64,000 nucleotides of DNA from Enoplolaimus lenunculus (GCA_030248215.1 JASANG010000932.1:372001-436000), one strand, 5' to 3'; positions 33,070 to 62,638 are shown, counted from the stretch's first letter. Translations and numbers: made by a program. Notes: generated by a model from the letters alone, not told the origin.

Positions 33070-33955
33070 TTGTTGGTAACGCTCAAGCTTAACAGCGTTC
33101 AATATTAGCAAACAAAGCCCTCATTCTCCAACTTTTGTAGCACGTATTACCAATTGGTGATCGATCCTGTAATTTTGGAGCCAGAACATGGTGAGGGTCG
33201 AAATTCAGCACATTGTTCGCGTTTGATTCGTCCTGCTTCTGTACCAATTTTGTCGAGAACTGCAATTGCAGATGTTCGTCAGTTTGAAATCCTATTGCTA
33301 ACTGACAATAGGTGCTATACGCATTTGAGAATACGGCCCAAGTTTACAGGGAAATTTCTTTTTCGTTATTTTAAACACAGAATTTACTACCGTTTAGCTT
33401 TTTCTATAAGATGCCATTATGAACCCCGCATGAAAGGTCGAAACGACCCTTAGCGATGGCTCTCCTGCCAACTTTGAGTATGGCCGTTTCCAACCGAGGC
33501 ACACCGGACAACGAAAGCTGGTGAACCACAGCTACAAATTCAACTCTTTGGCCCATGTAAAGATCAGCGGCTGAACGTTTTTCTGTGAGACTGCAATAGA
33601 GTAAAGCTTAACCTTTAGACTATTTTTTGGCTCGGCTTGTGCATAGGCTTAGGCTTACGCTTGGGATTGGGCTTAGGAATATGCTTATAATACTGTTCCG
33701 CCCCTGTTTTTATATGCCAACTCTTTCATTGCATCTGTTTGAAGTTGGGACTGAAATAACTAGAACTTTTGTCTAATATTACCATCAATCAATACGACTT
33801 GGACCCCTCGACAAAATTATTGGTGGTTGAGGATATTACCTTACCAGACCAATGTATACTTGTACAGGGCCGTAACTGTAGGATAAGCATACCCCTAAGC
33901 ATATGCTTAAGTTTAACAATGAGCTTAAACCTAATCCAAAAAATTAGTCTAAAGC

Positions 33956-34172
33956 TTAACCCTTTCTCACATGAATATTTTCTATTTCCCCTGAGACCTA
34001 CTTTTATGCTAGGATTCGATCTCGGGTGACTGGCGTGGGAGGCGTATACCATCATCACTCAGCTATAGGAGCTTGACGCTCGAGCCCGAGGGGGCTCTCA
34101 TGTCTTGTGGTGATTTAGTACTATGTATACGTGTTACAATTGTTAAACACAGTGCGATATACATTATTTAAA
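33956..34172 (-). mobile_element. piggyBac-type MITE (truncated) nested in a TTAGGC-family MITE
   Basis: Starts TTAA-CCCTTTCTCACATG; reverse complement of 14495-14749; host MITE sequence flanks both sides. Confidence 0.7.
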
Positions 34173-34313
34173 CTATTACACAGTCTCGCAGAAAACGTTC
34201 CGCCCCTGATCTTTACATTGAACATTGTCCACCAAAGAAATAAAATTTGTACAATTAGGAAAATTAATGTATTCCTTAGGTTTTAGCTTGTATGCAAACT
34301 TAGTACCAAAAAC

Positions 34314-49498
<15,185 letters not shown>

Positions 49499-50958
49499 AA
49501 TACGTTCGTTCAATCAAAATATTTTGTATATTTATGTGAAAGCTAAAACTGGTGTTTGATGATCATCGGCGGATCCAAAAATTTCATGACGTCGAGTTGG
49601 CAGAAGTTATGAAACGCAATTTTTACTGTTTGCGCATATCTGTGCCAATTTTCTGAACGGGGAAAAATTGTAAGGTAGGGGGACCTTATCATTTTAGCGC
49701 AAAAACATTTCTGACAGGAGGGCGTACGCCCCTGCACAATTCTGGATCCGCTAGTGATTATGATTCAAGCTTAAAGTATTCTAAAACTTTCTTAAACTAA
49801 CTTTTTAGATTAACTAAATTCACTGTAAACAAACACTGGATTAAAAGTTTCGGAAGTCGTGGGGGCAGGGCTAATTGTACCCCACACCCATGCTCAGATT
49901 CGAAAACACGCAGCCAGGCCAATATCTATTTCGCAAGCGGATGAAAATTAATATTCTTTATAAAAATTTGTATACTTTGACGAATTTTGTAAAAATATGT
50001 CGAATAGTTTTAGTTAGATGTTCTAAAACTACAAATTCGTCAAAGTTTATCGCTACTCAGGGTCGGAGCAGCGACCCCTCATACCCCCCATTTGGGGACC
50101 CACCCCTAAAGGTGCCCCCACCCTGACCGATTGAAACAAAAACCGTCGAAATTTTAACATGTGTCTGGCTTCTGGATCGCTTCGCTCGCGAGTTTGGGTC
50201 CCCCATGGAATTTGGGAGGACCATCCACCCCTGTCTGCTCCGGCACTGTCGCTACGCTTGAATCAAGGCATTTCGACATAACGTCAAAACTCTGTTAATA
50301 CGAGTGTATTATATGTATACAGTATGACACTTTGCCTGAATCATACGTTACCGCGATGTAGTACCTATCCCTTGGACCATATTTGACGTTAGCTCCACCG
50401 TGATTATAGGTCAAGATTGGCCCAGACTTAACCCCATTACGATCAAAGCGCGTCGTTGATTGGTTATGTTAATGATGTTTTTAAGTCTGACCAGTTAGAA
50501 TGCATCTAAGGCCACTCCACGGATTCGGATTGGTGGACTTCTAGTTTGGGACTCTGTAATGCTGGAACTCCGTAATGCCACACTGTTTGAGTGTGTGAAT
50601 CTAAAAGTGTCATACTCTCCTCTGTTATACACTCTTGGTAAAAGCAAGAGTGCATGATACTTTTGAACAAGAGTATACAACTGGGTACATTCAGTTTAGA
50701 AATGATTCTAACCAGCGCGCGTTGCGTTTTTCGCTTACTCCCGCTTTGTGTCGTGGATGAGAGAAGATAAGAGCCAAAAACGCAACACCCGGTGCTACAT
50801 TTTGTACTATGCGGAATGGCAACAGTTGCACACTCTTGTCATTATCCACTCTTGGTATAATTAATAGTAATAACGTATTCTGAATACCTATTTAACCGTT
50901 ATTGAATCAAAATTGGTAATGATCATATTTTATTTGTGTTGACAAAAGATTGTGACTT

Positions 50959-51392
50959 CGAGTTCGCTTATTTGACATTTAAACAAGATATGATTGTATC
51001 ATTAAGCAGTCTATTGTTCGTTTAATTGACAGACCAAATGCCGAAAAACTGTGAGCCAATCATATTCGCCCCCTTCACTAAACCCACCAATCAGTTACAA
51101 GTACGAGTTCGCTGATTTGACATTTTGACAACATATGGCTGTATTATTAAGCAGTCTATTGTTCGTTTAATTGACAGACCAAATGCCGAAAAACTGTGAG
51201 CCAATCATATTCGCCCCCTTCACTAAACCCACCAATCAGTTACAAGTACGAGTTCGCTGATTTGACATTTTGACAACATATGGCTGTATTATTAAGCAGT
51301 CTATTGTTCGTTTTATTGATAGACCACCTGCCGAAAAAGTGCGAGCTAATCATATTCGAGCCCTTCACTAAACCCACCAATCAGTTACAAGT
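50959..51392. repeat. 145-bp tandem repeat x3 with CCAATCA motifs
   Basis: Units start at 50959, 51104, 51249; neighbouring units nearly identical. Confidence 0.9.
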
Positions 51393-52283
51393 GTTATTTT
51401 TGCGTCTCGTCTTTGACTCGGCCTATCAAATTCCAGCTTTGTGCTTGCCTCCAATCACATCAGTTGCGTCCGGTGAATCCACTGGATAAGATTTGTCACA
51501 ATATTTCGAATAGCAAAATACACGGATATTTGTGTATCCGAGGGGCTGGAAGGGATACCAGGAACAGCTCATTTGTCCAGATGGAATTTGTTGAACTTCA
51601 ATCGAAATTAGCGTTCAAAGTTTCAACTGAAACCGGAACTCGGGATTTTAGAGAAAAAGTTTGGTTAAGGATTAAAGGATTTGGACCATCAGGCGAAATA
51701 TTTGTATTAAACACTGTTGAAATTTACAGTGTCTGTACGATTATTCAGCATTAAAGGGTTGCGGTATATACTTGCGGATCGCCGCTGAACGCCGCGATGC
51801 CCAGGCGTGGCAGCACAAAACTTGTTCATTAAAAATTGTTGCAACCAATCAACGTTGGTTTTACATCACTGTTGTTTTGTAACATCTACAATCGCTATTT
51901 GGCCTAGGACAATCTGCTATTTGCACAGAATAGCAGATTTGGCATACGCCAATTGGTTATTGGATTGAATATCAGATTGGCCTACGACATTACATACAAT
52001 AATTGCTGAATGATGTGCATATTTTGGCAAATACTGTCAGGTTTCATTTCAATTTAGCACAAAATTATCAATCCTTTGGGTCAATGTATTTTAAATCAGG
52101 ACCATAACAGTAGTATACGCATATTCCTAAAGCCCAAACCCATTTGTAAAGCCTATACCTAAGCCTAAACAAAAAATAGTCTAATGCTTAAGCTTACTCA
52201 ATAGCAGTCCGACTGAAAAATTTAAAATAAAATTTATAGTTCAAATCGCGATCCGGTTTTATTTGTGAATAAACGGAATACTA

Positions 52284-52472
52284 CACGGCAAAAACATGGT
52301 GAGTCAAATTGACTCTGTGCAAAATAGGCTTTTCGGGACTACACAAATTGAGTCACATTCGACTCACTGAGTCGCACGTTTGACTCTGGCGGAGTCGAAT
52401 TTGACACAGTTTGTGTGGTCTTGTAGAGACTATTTTGGAGAGAGTCAATTTGACGCACCATTTTTTGCAGTG
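52284..52472. mobile_element. CMC/EnSpm-type palindromic MITE family B (GAGTCAAA-rich)
   Basis: TA-CACGGCAAAAACATGGTGAGTCAAATTGACTC...GAGTCAATTTGACGCACCATTTTTTGCAGTG-TA. Other copies 31496-31676, 34695-34801, 43106-43314, 46653-46863. Confidence 0.7.
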
Positions 52473-55122
52473 TAATTAAAGTGGTCTGATATTTTGACAA
52501 ACTTTACAGCAACGCTGGCGTGATACCCCAACGCTCAACTTATAAGCATTAATGTTTCGGAAAAATCGAAATAAAGCAATTTTTTACTCAACCCAATTAA
52601 AGGGTGTCTCCATGCGGAGCATTAGGGGCAGGCCCGTAGCCAGCTCACCTTACTAGGGGGGGCTAAAAATGATTCAGGAGGGGCATTCAAGGGTTTTGGA
52701 TGAGATGCAAGCAAGGTTGAAAACTTTCTAGGGGGGTCCAAAATTTTTCAGGGGGGCTGCGCCCCCACGGACCGCCTTGGCTATGGGCTCGGTAGGGGGC
52801 TGTCCACTCTTAAATTTGGCTGGAGTCCTCCAATAGATAAAATTAACAATCTTATAGTGCAATTCTTGCGGTTCTTTAAAATTATTCGGTGCCCACACCC
52901 AAATATAATTTCTTGCAGACACTGGTGAACCCGATAAAATTTGGTTCAAATCGCACCAAAAAATAGTGTTTTCGCTTAAAATTAATTACCGTTTGCCAAA
53001 CTTTGATGAATAATAAAAAGACTTTTCAGTTTGACTGACGGTAGTTTTATAGTTCTGTCAACTGAAAATAGTAAACTTTTTTGATTTAAACGAGATTAAG
53101 TACAGTAGGATGTAATCTAATTTCAGCTGTGATTGAGTTTTAAGACAGCACAACGAGGCTGGTTAAAAAAATTTAAATCCGTATTGTTCTATATGGAACA
53201 GAGTACAAATATGCAGCGGCAGATCCAGAAATTTCTGACGGTAGCCGTGTCGGGCTGGAAAAGGTTTATTAAGAAACGTAAAAAAATTTTTACTCTGTAT
53301 GATGCTACAAGTCAGAATGTTATAGGCGCCGCCTTCCCTTGCCAACTTTGTGCATTTATGCGAGTAGAAATTGATCGAATATGGTGCATCATACTAGGCT
53401 CGCGACTGGGGTAAGTCTATCCAATGGTCGCGCCACACAGGGAATTACGGGGATCCGGATAATACGCAGCATCTCTCAGCTCGATCCACGCCAAGTCGCA
53501 CATGCGCTCGGGAACGAGCAACTTCGCCCAGCCCCAAGACAGATCGACTAAAGCTAGGGATTTCAGCTAAACGCCCGGGTTCCCGGCTAATATCCTCTTA
53601 AATTCCGTTAAGATTCAGAGGCGTTGGGCGCAGTGACATCTGTACAGATGCTTAAAAATTGTAACCTAGCGACATTATCATTTTATCACAAAATTTTTGG
53701 TGGAAAAATTGTAATGTGAAAAAAACAAAACGATAACACTGGTTTATTTTAAAGCATAATAAAACCGAATAAAGTATATATACATACATACATACATATA
53801 TATATATGTATATATATACATATATAAAATGTTAAAGAGAAACAATATACTAAAGGGAAATATTGTGAAAAACGGTATAAAGGTCCTGCCTTACAAATTA
53901 CGGTCAAACTGTAAATCAGCACTGCTACAGTAGAGAGTATAAGCATAACGCTAAGCCTAAGCCTAAGAATACGCCTACACATATGTGTCAAGTCTAAGCC
54001 TTAAGCAAAAAATTTCTCTAAAGTTTAAGCTTACTTCATAGCAGTCCCACGGAAAAACGGTCCGACCCTCATGTATGCATGGTTCTAAAATTATTAAAAA
54101 TGCATCTGGCTTCTATCTCACATTGCTCGCGAGTTTTGTTTGGTCTATTGTGCCACGGGGAGTGTGCCGTCGAGTTGGGATCAGCTGTTGCACTTATGAA
54201 TCGATGCACCACGTTCGTTCGACATTGTTCAATATTGAGTTCAAATATATTTTCAACCCAGGTTGTTCAAGGCGCCACGCCTTGTGATGACGAAAGTGGA
54301 ACGCAGGAAAGAAACACTTTTTGGTGTTCGCTAAGAATTCTAAAATGGAAAAAACTTTCGTTTAAATAAATATTAAATTTTAGGTAACAAAAAATTGTTC
54401 CGTTGAAAACTAAAATTCAAATTCAACTCAACGAAGCTTTTGAATTTTAAAAACAAAGAAATGTAAAAATATTTCTAAATTATATCAAATGAAACGTTAA
54501 CATTTTTACAGCGAACCAAGGCGTCCCGACGGGTTGGGGTATTGGGGGGTCGTGCCCCCCAAACTCAACTCGACTGGCGATCCCCAAATACAGTTGGTCT
54601 AAAAGTAAACAAACTTGAGTGGCAATTGTATGGGCCACCCACCCTCCCCAAATATACGTTTCTGATTGCACCCGTGCAGCGAATACCTCTAATTTCAATG
54701 ACACAGACGCAAAATGCGATATTTTCTCAGGTTTAAAAAACTAATTTTTTCGGCAACGGAAATAATTTAAAAAAATCTACCGGAAAACGAAACTAAAAAT
54801 ATTTTTACCGGAAACGGATATCCACATATACATTTCCGGTCAGCTTACCTGCACTGACATCATCGTGAACTGTTCTCGGCACCGCTTTGAAGATCGTTGA
54901 CGTCGGTCGAGACAGCATGGCGTCCAATACGGTATTCCCATAGCGATAATTGGTCAAATGTTGATTTTGGCTGGGGTTAATTTTTGACAGAAACTGTCTT
55001 ATTGTTGAATGAAATGCGGTTGTGCGACAAAGTTTACGTACCGCAGACGTAGGATTACAACTGGCACCGTTTGTATCTTGAGCTGAAACAAAACAGAAAA
55101 CAGATTATGAATTAGACGTACC

Positions 55123-55329
55123 GGTCCATGTAAAGATCAGGGGCGGAACAGTTTTCTGTGGGATTAGAAAAGAGTAAGCTTAAGATTTAGACTCATTTTT
55201 TGCTTGGCTTAGGCTTCGGCTTAGGTTTAAGAATATGCTCATTCTTACGCTTAGGCTTAGGCTTACACTTAGGCTTAGGCTTAGGAATATGCTCACAATA
55301 CTGTTTCGCCCGTGTTCTTTACATTGGCT
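55123..55329. mobile_element. TTAGGC-carrying Merlin-like MITE
   Basis: Perfect 8-bp TSD GACGTACC (55115-55122, 55330-55337); internal TTAGGC repeats. Confidence 0.8.
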
Positions 55330-55552
55330 GACGTACCTCAACCAAGGGTGCCACATGCATTCCATCTAGGTCCCATGTATAGAACAGAGGCGGAACGGTT
55401 TTACATTAGAGTGTTATGGAGTAAGCTTAAGCTTTAGACTAATTTTTGCATAGGTTCAGGCTTAGGCATAGGATATGTTTATACTACTGTTGCTGCCCTG
55501 ATGTTTTACATTGACCTTATTTCGGAATAAATGTAACTTCGCATAAAAAATT

Positions 55553-55824
55553 TTAATCCTTTTTCGCATGAATATTTTCAATTTCATATGATATGTTATT
55601 TCAATGTAAGATTCGTACCCAGTCTCACGGGTGGGAAGCGTTTACGATGTCCACTGAGCTATAGGAGCTTGACGCTCGAGCCCGAGTAGGCTCTCACGTC
55701 TTGTGAAGATTTTACACTGCGCATATATGTTATAAATGTTAAACCCTGCTCACAGTGTGTGTATTGCTCTTACATTATATTGTATTCAGTTGATCATAGT
55801 ATACTCTATGAGTGAATAGGTTAA
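55553..55824 (-). mobile_element. piggyBac-type MITE with tRNA-like core (diverged copy)
   Basis: TTAA at both ends; shares GCTATAGGAGCTTGACGCTCGAGCCCGAG core with 33956-34172. Confidence 0.65.
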
Positions 55825-56754
55825 ACCGAAAATGTTTAATATTTATCAATAAAAAATTCTTAAGATTTATTTCCTATTTTCCTGTGCTCCTGACTACGGA
55901 AACTAAGAATCCTAAAATTAGCAATTCAACTAAAGACACTAAGATTGGTCCACAAAACACTTCTTAGCCCGCAAATAACAAATTATTCCACTGATAAAAC
56001 TGACCAATCGGATACATTTCCGATGACGTTGCTCCAACGTTACCTCCGCCTACATCTAACCAGTGTATCATTGTCGATTATATCAAATTAATCTTCCAGC
56101 ACCGTCAAGACGTTCCAAGTATTGTAAAACATTTAAAATTATTATTTCTCAAAAACAATTCTATAACAAAAGATAATATTTCAGAACAAACAGTTGTTTT
56201 GGGAAAAATTGAAATCCAAAATATGGCACAATTATGGCATGGGAAAGTTGGGGACGTGCTGTACTTTTGATGACGTCCAGCGCCGTTCGGCACCGTACCA
56301 CAAGGCACGTTTATGGGTCGATGGGATAGCATATCAATTTGTAAACATTTGACGTGTGGGATCGTTTGGTACCGGACTGTGGCGAACAGCGACGCCCGAC
56401 AAATAAAGCGATACCGGTGCATTTGATTGAAACATTGAAAACAAAAATCAATTTTGCCTCAATTTTGATTGGTCACTGCAGAGTGTAGATTTCAGGTTGA
56501 AATTTGTTAACTTTTTGGCTTAGGCCAGGGCTTATATATTTAAACGTATATAGCAACTATCATCAGTTAGTAAAATAGGTTTTTAAACTCACTAGCTATT
56601 GCCGTTGTTGAACTCAAAATTGCTGCCAGAGTAGAGCAAATTATACGCGAAAAATGTGGGGTGAATTTTGAGCTTCAGGATTCTCTGGTTCGACAGTTGC
56701 AGGACCTGTCATCAACTGGTGATAGGTGCTGCACATATTTAAAAAAAAAATACA

Positions 56755-59107
56755 CACTGTAAATTCCAGTGGGTCGATTTTCACTCCGAATGAGTTGAAT
56801 TACTCAATCTGAGTTAGGACTATCAACACTCATAATTCTGAGTTGATTCAAGTCATTCTGATTAAATTAAGCAACTTCCCTGGAATCAACACAACTCAGA
56901 GAAAGTCAACTAAACTCAGAGTGGGTTAAAGTTTACGGCTATTTTCTCAGAAATAAGTAACGTTCCGTCTTAAGCGATTAATTAACTCATTGGAATTTAC
57001 AGTGCAGGCGTAGGGCTTATACTAAAACTAACGCTCGTTGTTGTAGTTTGTTAGACGCAACTATTATACAATTTAGGAATAGGCTTCGGTATATTCTCAG
57101 GCTTAGACTCATCTATGGTCCCAAATGTTTATAGTTTTAACTTTACTGTTGCTGTCACGTCAATTTGGCAAAAAATTTTGCCAACAACAAAGTTTGTAAA
57201 TTTGAAGATTTATCCTAAAAATACTGTCCTGCTCAATATTTATAACTGACAATTTCACTATAAAATATATGCATCTCCTAAAGCCTACTGCCTCAAAGCC
57301 TATTAAACCTAAAAACGTTGTGATTAGCAGTAAAAAAAGTGCCTAATTTTCAATCATATTTTTAGAAATAACGGCAGCTTGACTGACGTTTTTTTCACTT
57401 AAAAACGAGTAAAAAATAATAATTTTCCGTAAAAAAACATTTTGTCTAACAAACAAAACGATGTTTTGACAGAAAAAAAATGACTTGGTGGTAAAAACGG
57501 CCAAATATGATTTAAGCTTCTAAAATATTTTCAAAGCCCAAAGGCACAAAAAATTGTGACATTTTTTTAAAGAATTTTAACGCACAGTTTCTTCGGTTGC
57601 GTAGTGCAAATTTTGTACAGCGGAATTGACAGAAATTTTGAGAAATTTCTGTCAAGTTTTACGTTTGTTGTTGTTGTTGTTTAATTTTCGCAAATTTTCA
57701 AACTCGAGTTTGGGTCAATTGTTCAAAATTCAAAAATACATTACTTTGTGGTCATCTCAGCGAAGCATCCGGCAGAGAAAAGTTTCGCAACAAAAGTTTG
57801 ATTGAAATTTAATAAAAATACACACGCTTTTCATCAAAGGATTAAAAATAGAATTGTACTTAAAATCAGTTATATATGCTTTCGTTTTGAAACGGCATAT
57901 TTTTTTACGTAAGGCCGTACTGTAAATTTCAGTGAGTTGATTTTAACTCAAAATGACTTGCATTTACTTCGAGGCCTGAGCTCAAAATTAGAGCTCTCAG
58001 TACACAGAATTCTGTGTTGATTGCACTCATTATGAGTTATTTACCTAAGCCAAAATTAAATCAGCTCAAGTTTATGTTTACTGTTATTAAACTCAGAAAT
58101 AGCCAGAAATAACCAATTCTGTCTCGGATTTCACTAAGTAATTCATCAGAATTTACAGTGCGGGAGGATAATAAATCTTAGATGCATTTAAACCTCTAAA
58201 GGTTGCAGTACACCTTAAGTAAAAAACAGCGCAACGCAGATTCCCACATCAAAGATCAGGGGCTGACCGTTTTTCCGCCGCACTGCAATAGAGTAAGCTC
58301 AGGTTTTAGACAAACGTTGGCTTAGAAATATGCATATACTGCTGTTACGACTCCGTTCCTTATATTCGCCGGGGATTTATAGACATTGTTTGATTGAGGT
58401 ATAATTCAAAATATCGGATGTTTAAGTATTAGGTTAAAGCCCTAAGCCTAAGCTTACAAAGTGTCCGAAATGCAAGTTTCACGTCAAAGTACAATATTGT
58501 AAATTCCAATGAGTTGATTTTAACTCAGAATGAGTTAAATCACTCAGTTTGAGTTAGGACTATCAGAACTCAGAATTTCGAGTTGATTCAAATCATTCTG
58601 ATTTAATTCAACTTCCCCTGAATCATACTCAACTCAGAGTAAGAATCAACGAAACTCAGAGTGAGCTAAAGTTATCTGTTCTGTTAACTCAACTTTTCGT
58701 CTTAGTTGATTATCATTAACTCGTTGGAATTTACAGTGAAAACGCGTTCTGTGTTTTGAAACAAGGTTTATATTGATGCTTAAATAGCTAAGAAATGCCA
58801 ACAACCGTTTACTTCATAGCGTTTTTCTACTTGATGCGATTTCTACGCACACACTGTAATTTCCAACGAGTTAATTAATCAACTCAGACGAAAAGTTAGT
58901 TATTTCTGAGTTAGTAATAACAGTAAACTTCAACTCACTCTGAGTTGAGTTGATTTCCACTGTAAGTTGAGTTGACACCGATGAGATAATTAATTAAATC
59001 AGACTGTGAGTTGTATCAACTCAGAATTCTGAGTTCTGATAATTCTAACTCAGACTGAGTGATTCAACTAATTCTGAGTTAAAATCAACTCACTGAAATT
59101 TACAGTG
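56755..59107. mobile_element. Cluster of four CMC/EnSpm-type family A MITEs
   Basis: Copies 56755-57004 (TSD CA), 57918-58160 (CG), 58495-58738 (AA), 58852-59107 (no TSD match); TIRs near CACTGTAAATTCCA / TGGAATTTACAGTG. Confidence 0.75.
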
Positions 59108-59822
59108 GCAGAAATTGTATGCAAATTGACGATTTTAAGACTTTGTTGGCCAATGAAACCGAACGCGATTGGTTGTTTCTGTTGGATCCACGTGTTTTAA
59201 ATGTTCCATTTAAATTAAAAACATGGATATAAAATTAATTTTAGAATCTATGAAAAAAATTAGAAAAGCGAAACATTGAAAACAGAAAAGGTAAAAATGA
59301 TAAAGTTCACATACCTTTTATCATACGAAATATCATGTATCTGCAAACATCTATGCAAAGTGCAATTGGAAAAAATTGTCTATATATGTATACATGCATA
59401 TATAATATATGTATATATAGATTTCAATAATGAATTTCATACTCAGTTTACAACGAAGCATCTGAACGAAAAATATTTAAAATTTAAGGAAAATTCGGTC
59501 CATGTATAGAACAGGGCCGGATCGTTTTCCGATTGGTCTGTAATAAAGCCAGTTTAAGCTTTAGATTAACTTTTTTTGCTTACGAATAGGCTTTAGGCTT
59601 AGAAATAGGCTCATCCTTACGCTTAGGCTTAAGCTTAGGGTTAGGCTTAGGAATATGCTTATACTAGTGTTCCGGCCCTGTGCTATACATGGGTCAAAAT
59701 TTCGGCCGAAAACCTTGCAATTTTTTACTTAAAATTTTAACACATAAGCGAAATAAAGTTGCTATATGCATCAAAATAGGGTTTCAGTATCTAAACGCAG
59801 TTATATTTTGAATGCAACTAAT

Positions 59823-60090
59823 TTAACCCCTTGTCATATAGAGGGGACTCTATGAGTAACTTAGTATAGTGGCATTCGTTGAATAATATATAGCGTACAG
59901 TGTTTAAACAATTGCAACACGTATGTAGTGCAAAATAAACACAAGAAGTTAAAGTCCCGCCAGGTTCGAGCGTCCAGTTCCCATAGCCGTGTGGTGATGA
60001 TAAAGGCGTCCCAATACAATCGCTGGAGTTGGAATCCTTGCATAAAAGCAGGTCTTTGGTGAAAAAAATATTCATGTGAGAAAAGGTTAA
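59823..60090 (+). mobile_element. piggyBac-type MITE, related subfamily
   Basis: TTAA-CCCCTTGTCATAT...ATGTGAGAAAAGG-TTAA; shares AATCCTTGCATAAAAG...GGTCT 3' part with 14495-14749. Confidence 0.65.
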
Positions 60091-61621
60091 CACTAAAATC
60101 TATGTTTTCAAAAATTAGAACTTTAAGAATATACTTAGTTTTGTCATAGTAAATTTGAGTGAGTTTGAAGTTGCTTTTAGTATAATGGCCCTTTGTCCCG
60201 CGAACTTAGGATCACAATAAATTTTTGGCTTAGCCTTAGGCTTCGAAATGTGCATAAGCTATAGTAACTACAAACTTTTAGCCCTCCGGCTCCGGCAAGT
60301 TTCGTTGACCTCCGGCTACGGTATTTTTCACCTCCGGTTGCACCCTGCTCACCAGGTTTCGTCGATGTACTAACAAAAAACAAATGTGATAGCTCGCTCC
60401 ACTCATCAGTTTATGATGTTCTGATGACCTTCCCCGATTATTCCCCACGCCCAAACTGAAATTTTGAAAAAATTCGTATTTAAAGTCCTAAATTCCTCCA
60501 TTGAACCCAAATTTTTTTGTCGAAAAATTAGACAAATTATATACCTTTTGACATATGTTGCGCAGCTAAAAAGAATGTTGTTAAACGTTTCTCAATCGGA
60601 CGTCTGACTAACGACTTATTGTCAAATAGCTAAATTTGGCGTCGAACCATGATCGTTGGCAGCGCACCAACTCAGTTATATCTGCCAACAACTCGTTAAG
60701 CAGACTTCCGATTGCAGAAAGTTTTACACATACTCGACTCAGCTCAGCAAACTGCGTCAAATGATACATAATTGATCCAACTTTTCGAAAAAAATTTTGG
60801 GCCCCAAGGGGCTGAACTTGTGGCCTTAAAAATCAAATCTGTCAAAAATTCATACTTGGGCATGGAATGATCAAGGGATGTCATCAGAAGCTCAAATATG
60901 CAAAAAGCTTCAAAATGCAAGCATTTTTGCACAGACGCCGGCTAAGGGTGGGGATAACTGATCACTCATTTTTTGTCTTTTTTCCATTTTTTCCGGAAAA
61001 AAATGGAAAAACATTCATTTCTTCCGGTTATAATTTTTTCTTGAAAAAACAGCCCTATCTGGAATGCTACCCAAAATACGTATGTGGGGCGTTACAGATT
61101 TAATTATATAGACAATTCGTTGGAATAATAAAAATCAGGTTACAAAAAGTTTAAAGTGTTGTGTCTATCTATATACGTATATAAATATGTTTGTTGCTAT
61201 CATCAAGCATATATACCATTATTTACTGTATTTTTCTAAATCATTCACAATACTGGCAAAGGTAACCCGGGGTAACCAGAAAATATAAACCTAAATTATT
61301 GATGAGAGTTAGATTCAAACCTAAAGGTATTGGGGTGTTTTTTTCTAAAATTACTGTAGTCGAGACGGTATAAACATGGTGAAGCTTATTGTTTTAAAAA
61401 ATGTTTTTTATTTCTGGCAGATTAGACCACGTTTACATGTTTATCTTGAAGCTCTTCCTATCTAGAGTATAGGTATGAGCAGCACAGCGTTGTATATGCG
61501 CGATATATTGCATAATAGACAGTGTATAACAATTATTGCTTTAAAGATACTATAACTGAGAATTTTTCCATTATAACGCGAAGTGCAAAATTTTTAGCGA
61601 TATTCGCCTTTAGGTTCGAGT

Positions 61622-61840
61622 ATCGGTACCACGACAATTCCTCGCCCGTCAACTCGTCGACCGACAACTTGCAATCAGATATTTCATCGTGTCGACAATT
61701 GGTCGTTCATCATTACGCTTAGGCTTAGGCACAGGATGACGCGTATGAGTATGTTTAGGATTATGCTTAGATTTAGTAGCAGGTTTTAGGACACTGTTGG
61801 GCGACAAGTTGCCCCGGGTGACGAATTGTCGTACATTCTC
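61622..61840. mobile_element. MITE with ACGACAATTC...GAATTGTCGT TIRs and degenerate TTAGGC core
   Basis: Imperfect inverted ends (~61630-61660 vs ~61800-61833) enclosing CTTAGGCTTAGGC-like repeats. Confidence 0.55.
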
Positions 61841-62334
61841 CAGTATCAAAAACTTTCGTTTGTGGCTGGCTACGAGGCGCCCACTTTTGGATCGGCCCTT
61901 GTTTAATTCTTAGACCTTCTGAAACACTGGCCCATGTAAAGATCAGGGGCGGAACGTTTTTCTGTGGGACTAGAAAAGAATAAGCTGAACCTTTAGACTA
62001 TTTTTTGCTTGGCTTGGGCTTAGGCTTAGGCTTAGCCTTAGGAATATGCTCATTCTTACGCTTAGGTTTAGTCTTAGGCTTTAGGCTTAGGCTTAGGAAT
62101 ATGCTTATAATACTGTTCCGTCCCGGTTCTTTACATTGGCCTGAAACTTTATACTCGTATCTGTTGGGTCTTTCAGCGTATATATTTCTACTAATCTTTA
62201 TTGGGATAAAAATTATACCCTCGTACGCCACAAACAATGCGCCAATCCCGACTGTGTCCACCCTGGCACAATTTTTAAATTAAAAATTCAGGCGTTCGAG
62301 GGTCACAAATTGGCATTTTAAGTATCCCAACGAC

Positions 62335-62524
62335 ATGGCTTCGTACGGAGTATGTCCAGCTGATCCCGTCACTGAACGGGACTCAGGTTTGGATCGGACG
62401 TTTTGGCGAAAACATGATGTTTGCGGAGAAAGAGGGCTTTTGTTGCCGATTGTCTACGAAGCTGAATGGAACAAATACGTTCGCATTGCGTTGTATTTTG
62501 TTGGGATGTTGTGGACGTTTCTTG
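62335..62524 (+). CDS. Na+/Ca2+ exchanger (SLC8/NCX family), first coding exon; gene continues beyond window
   Basis: ...VCGERGLLLPIVYEAEWNKYVRIALYFVGMLWTFL-G|gtatga matches the NCX N-terminal C..G..LP / R...YF..L...FLG (TM1) pattern. Acceptor TTCAG at 62287-62291 with frame open to the ATG, so an upstream coding exon is possible. Confidence 0.8.
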
Positions 62525-62638
62525 GTATGATGGATGACTTTAAACGCTGGTCCCAATATTAAACATTCAATTAATGTTTAAAATGTCAAAGGTTGACCTG
62601 TTTTTATGGTTGAGTCCAACCATCCGGCAGCAAGTAAT

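Noticed and set aside
53390..53640. GC-rich segment with a strong GTAAGT donor at 53411, possibly an upstream NCX exon or ncRNA
   Set aside because: No family motif or sequence-only link to the NCX exon; needs transcript data.
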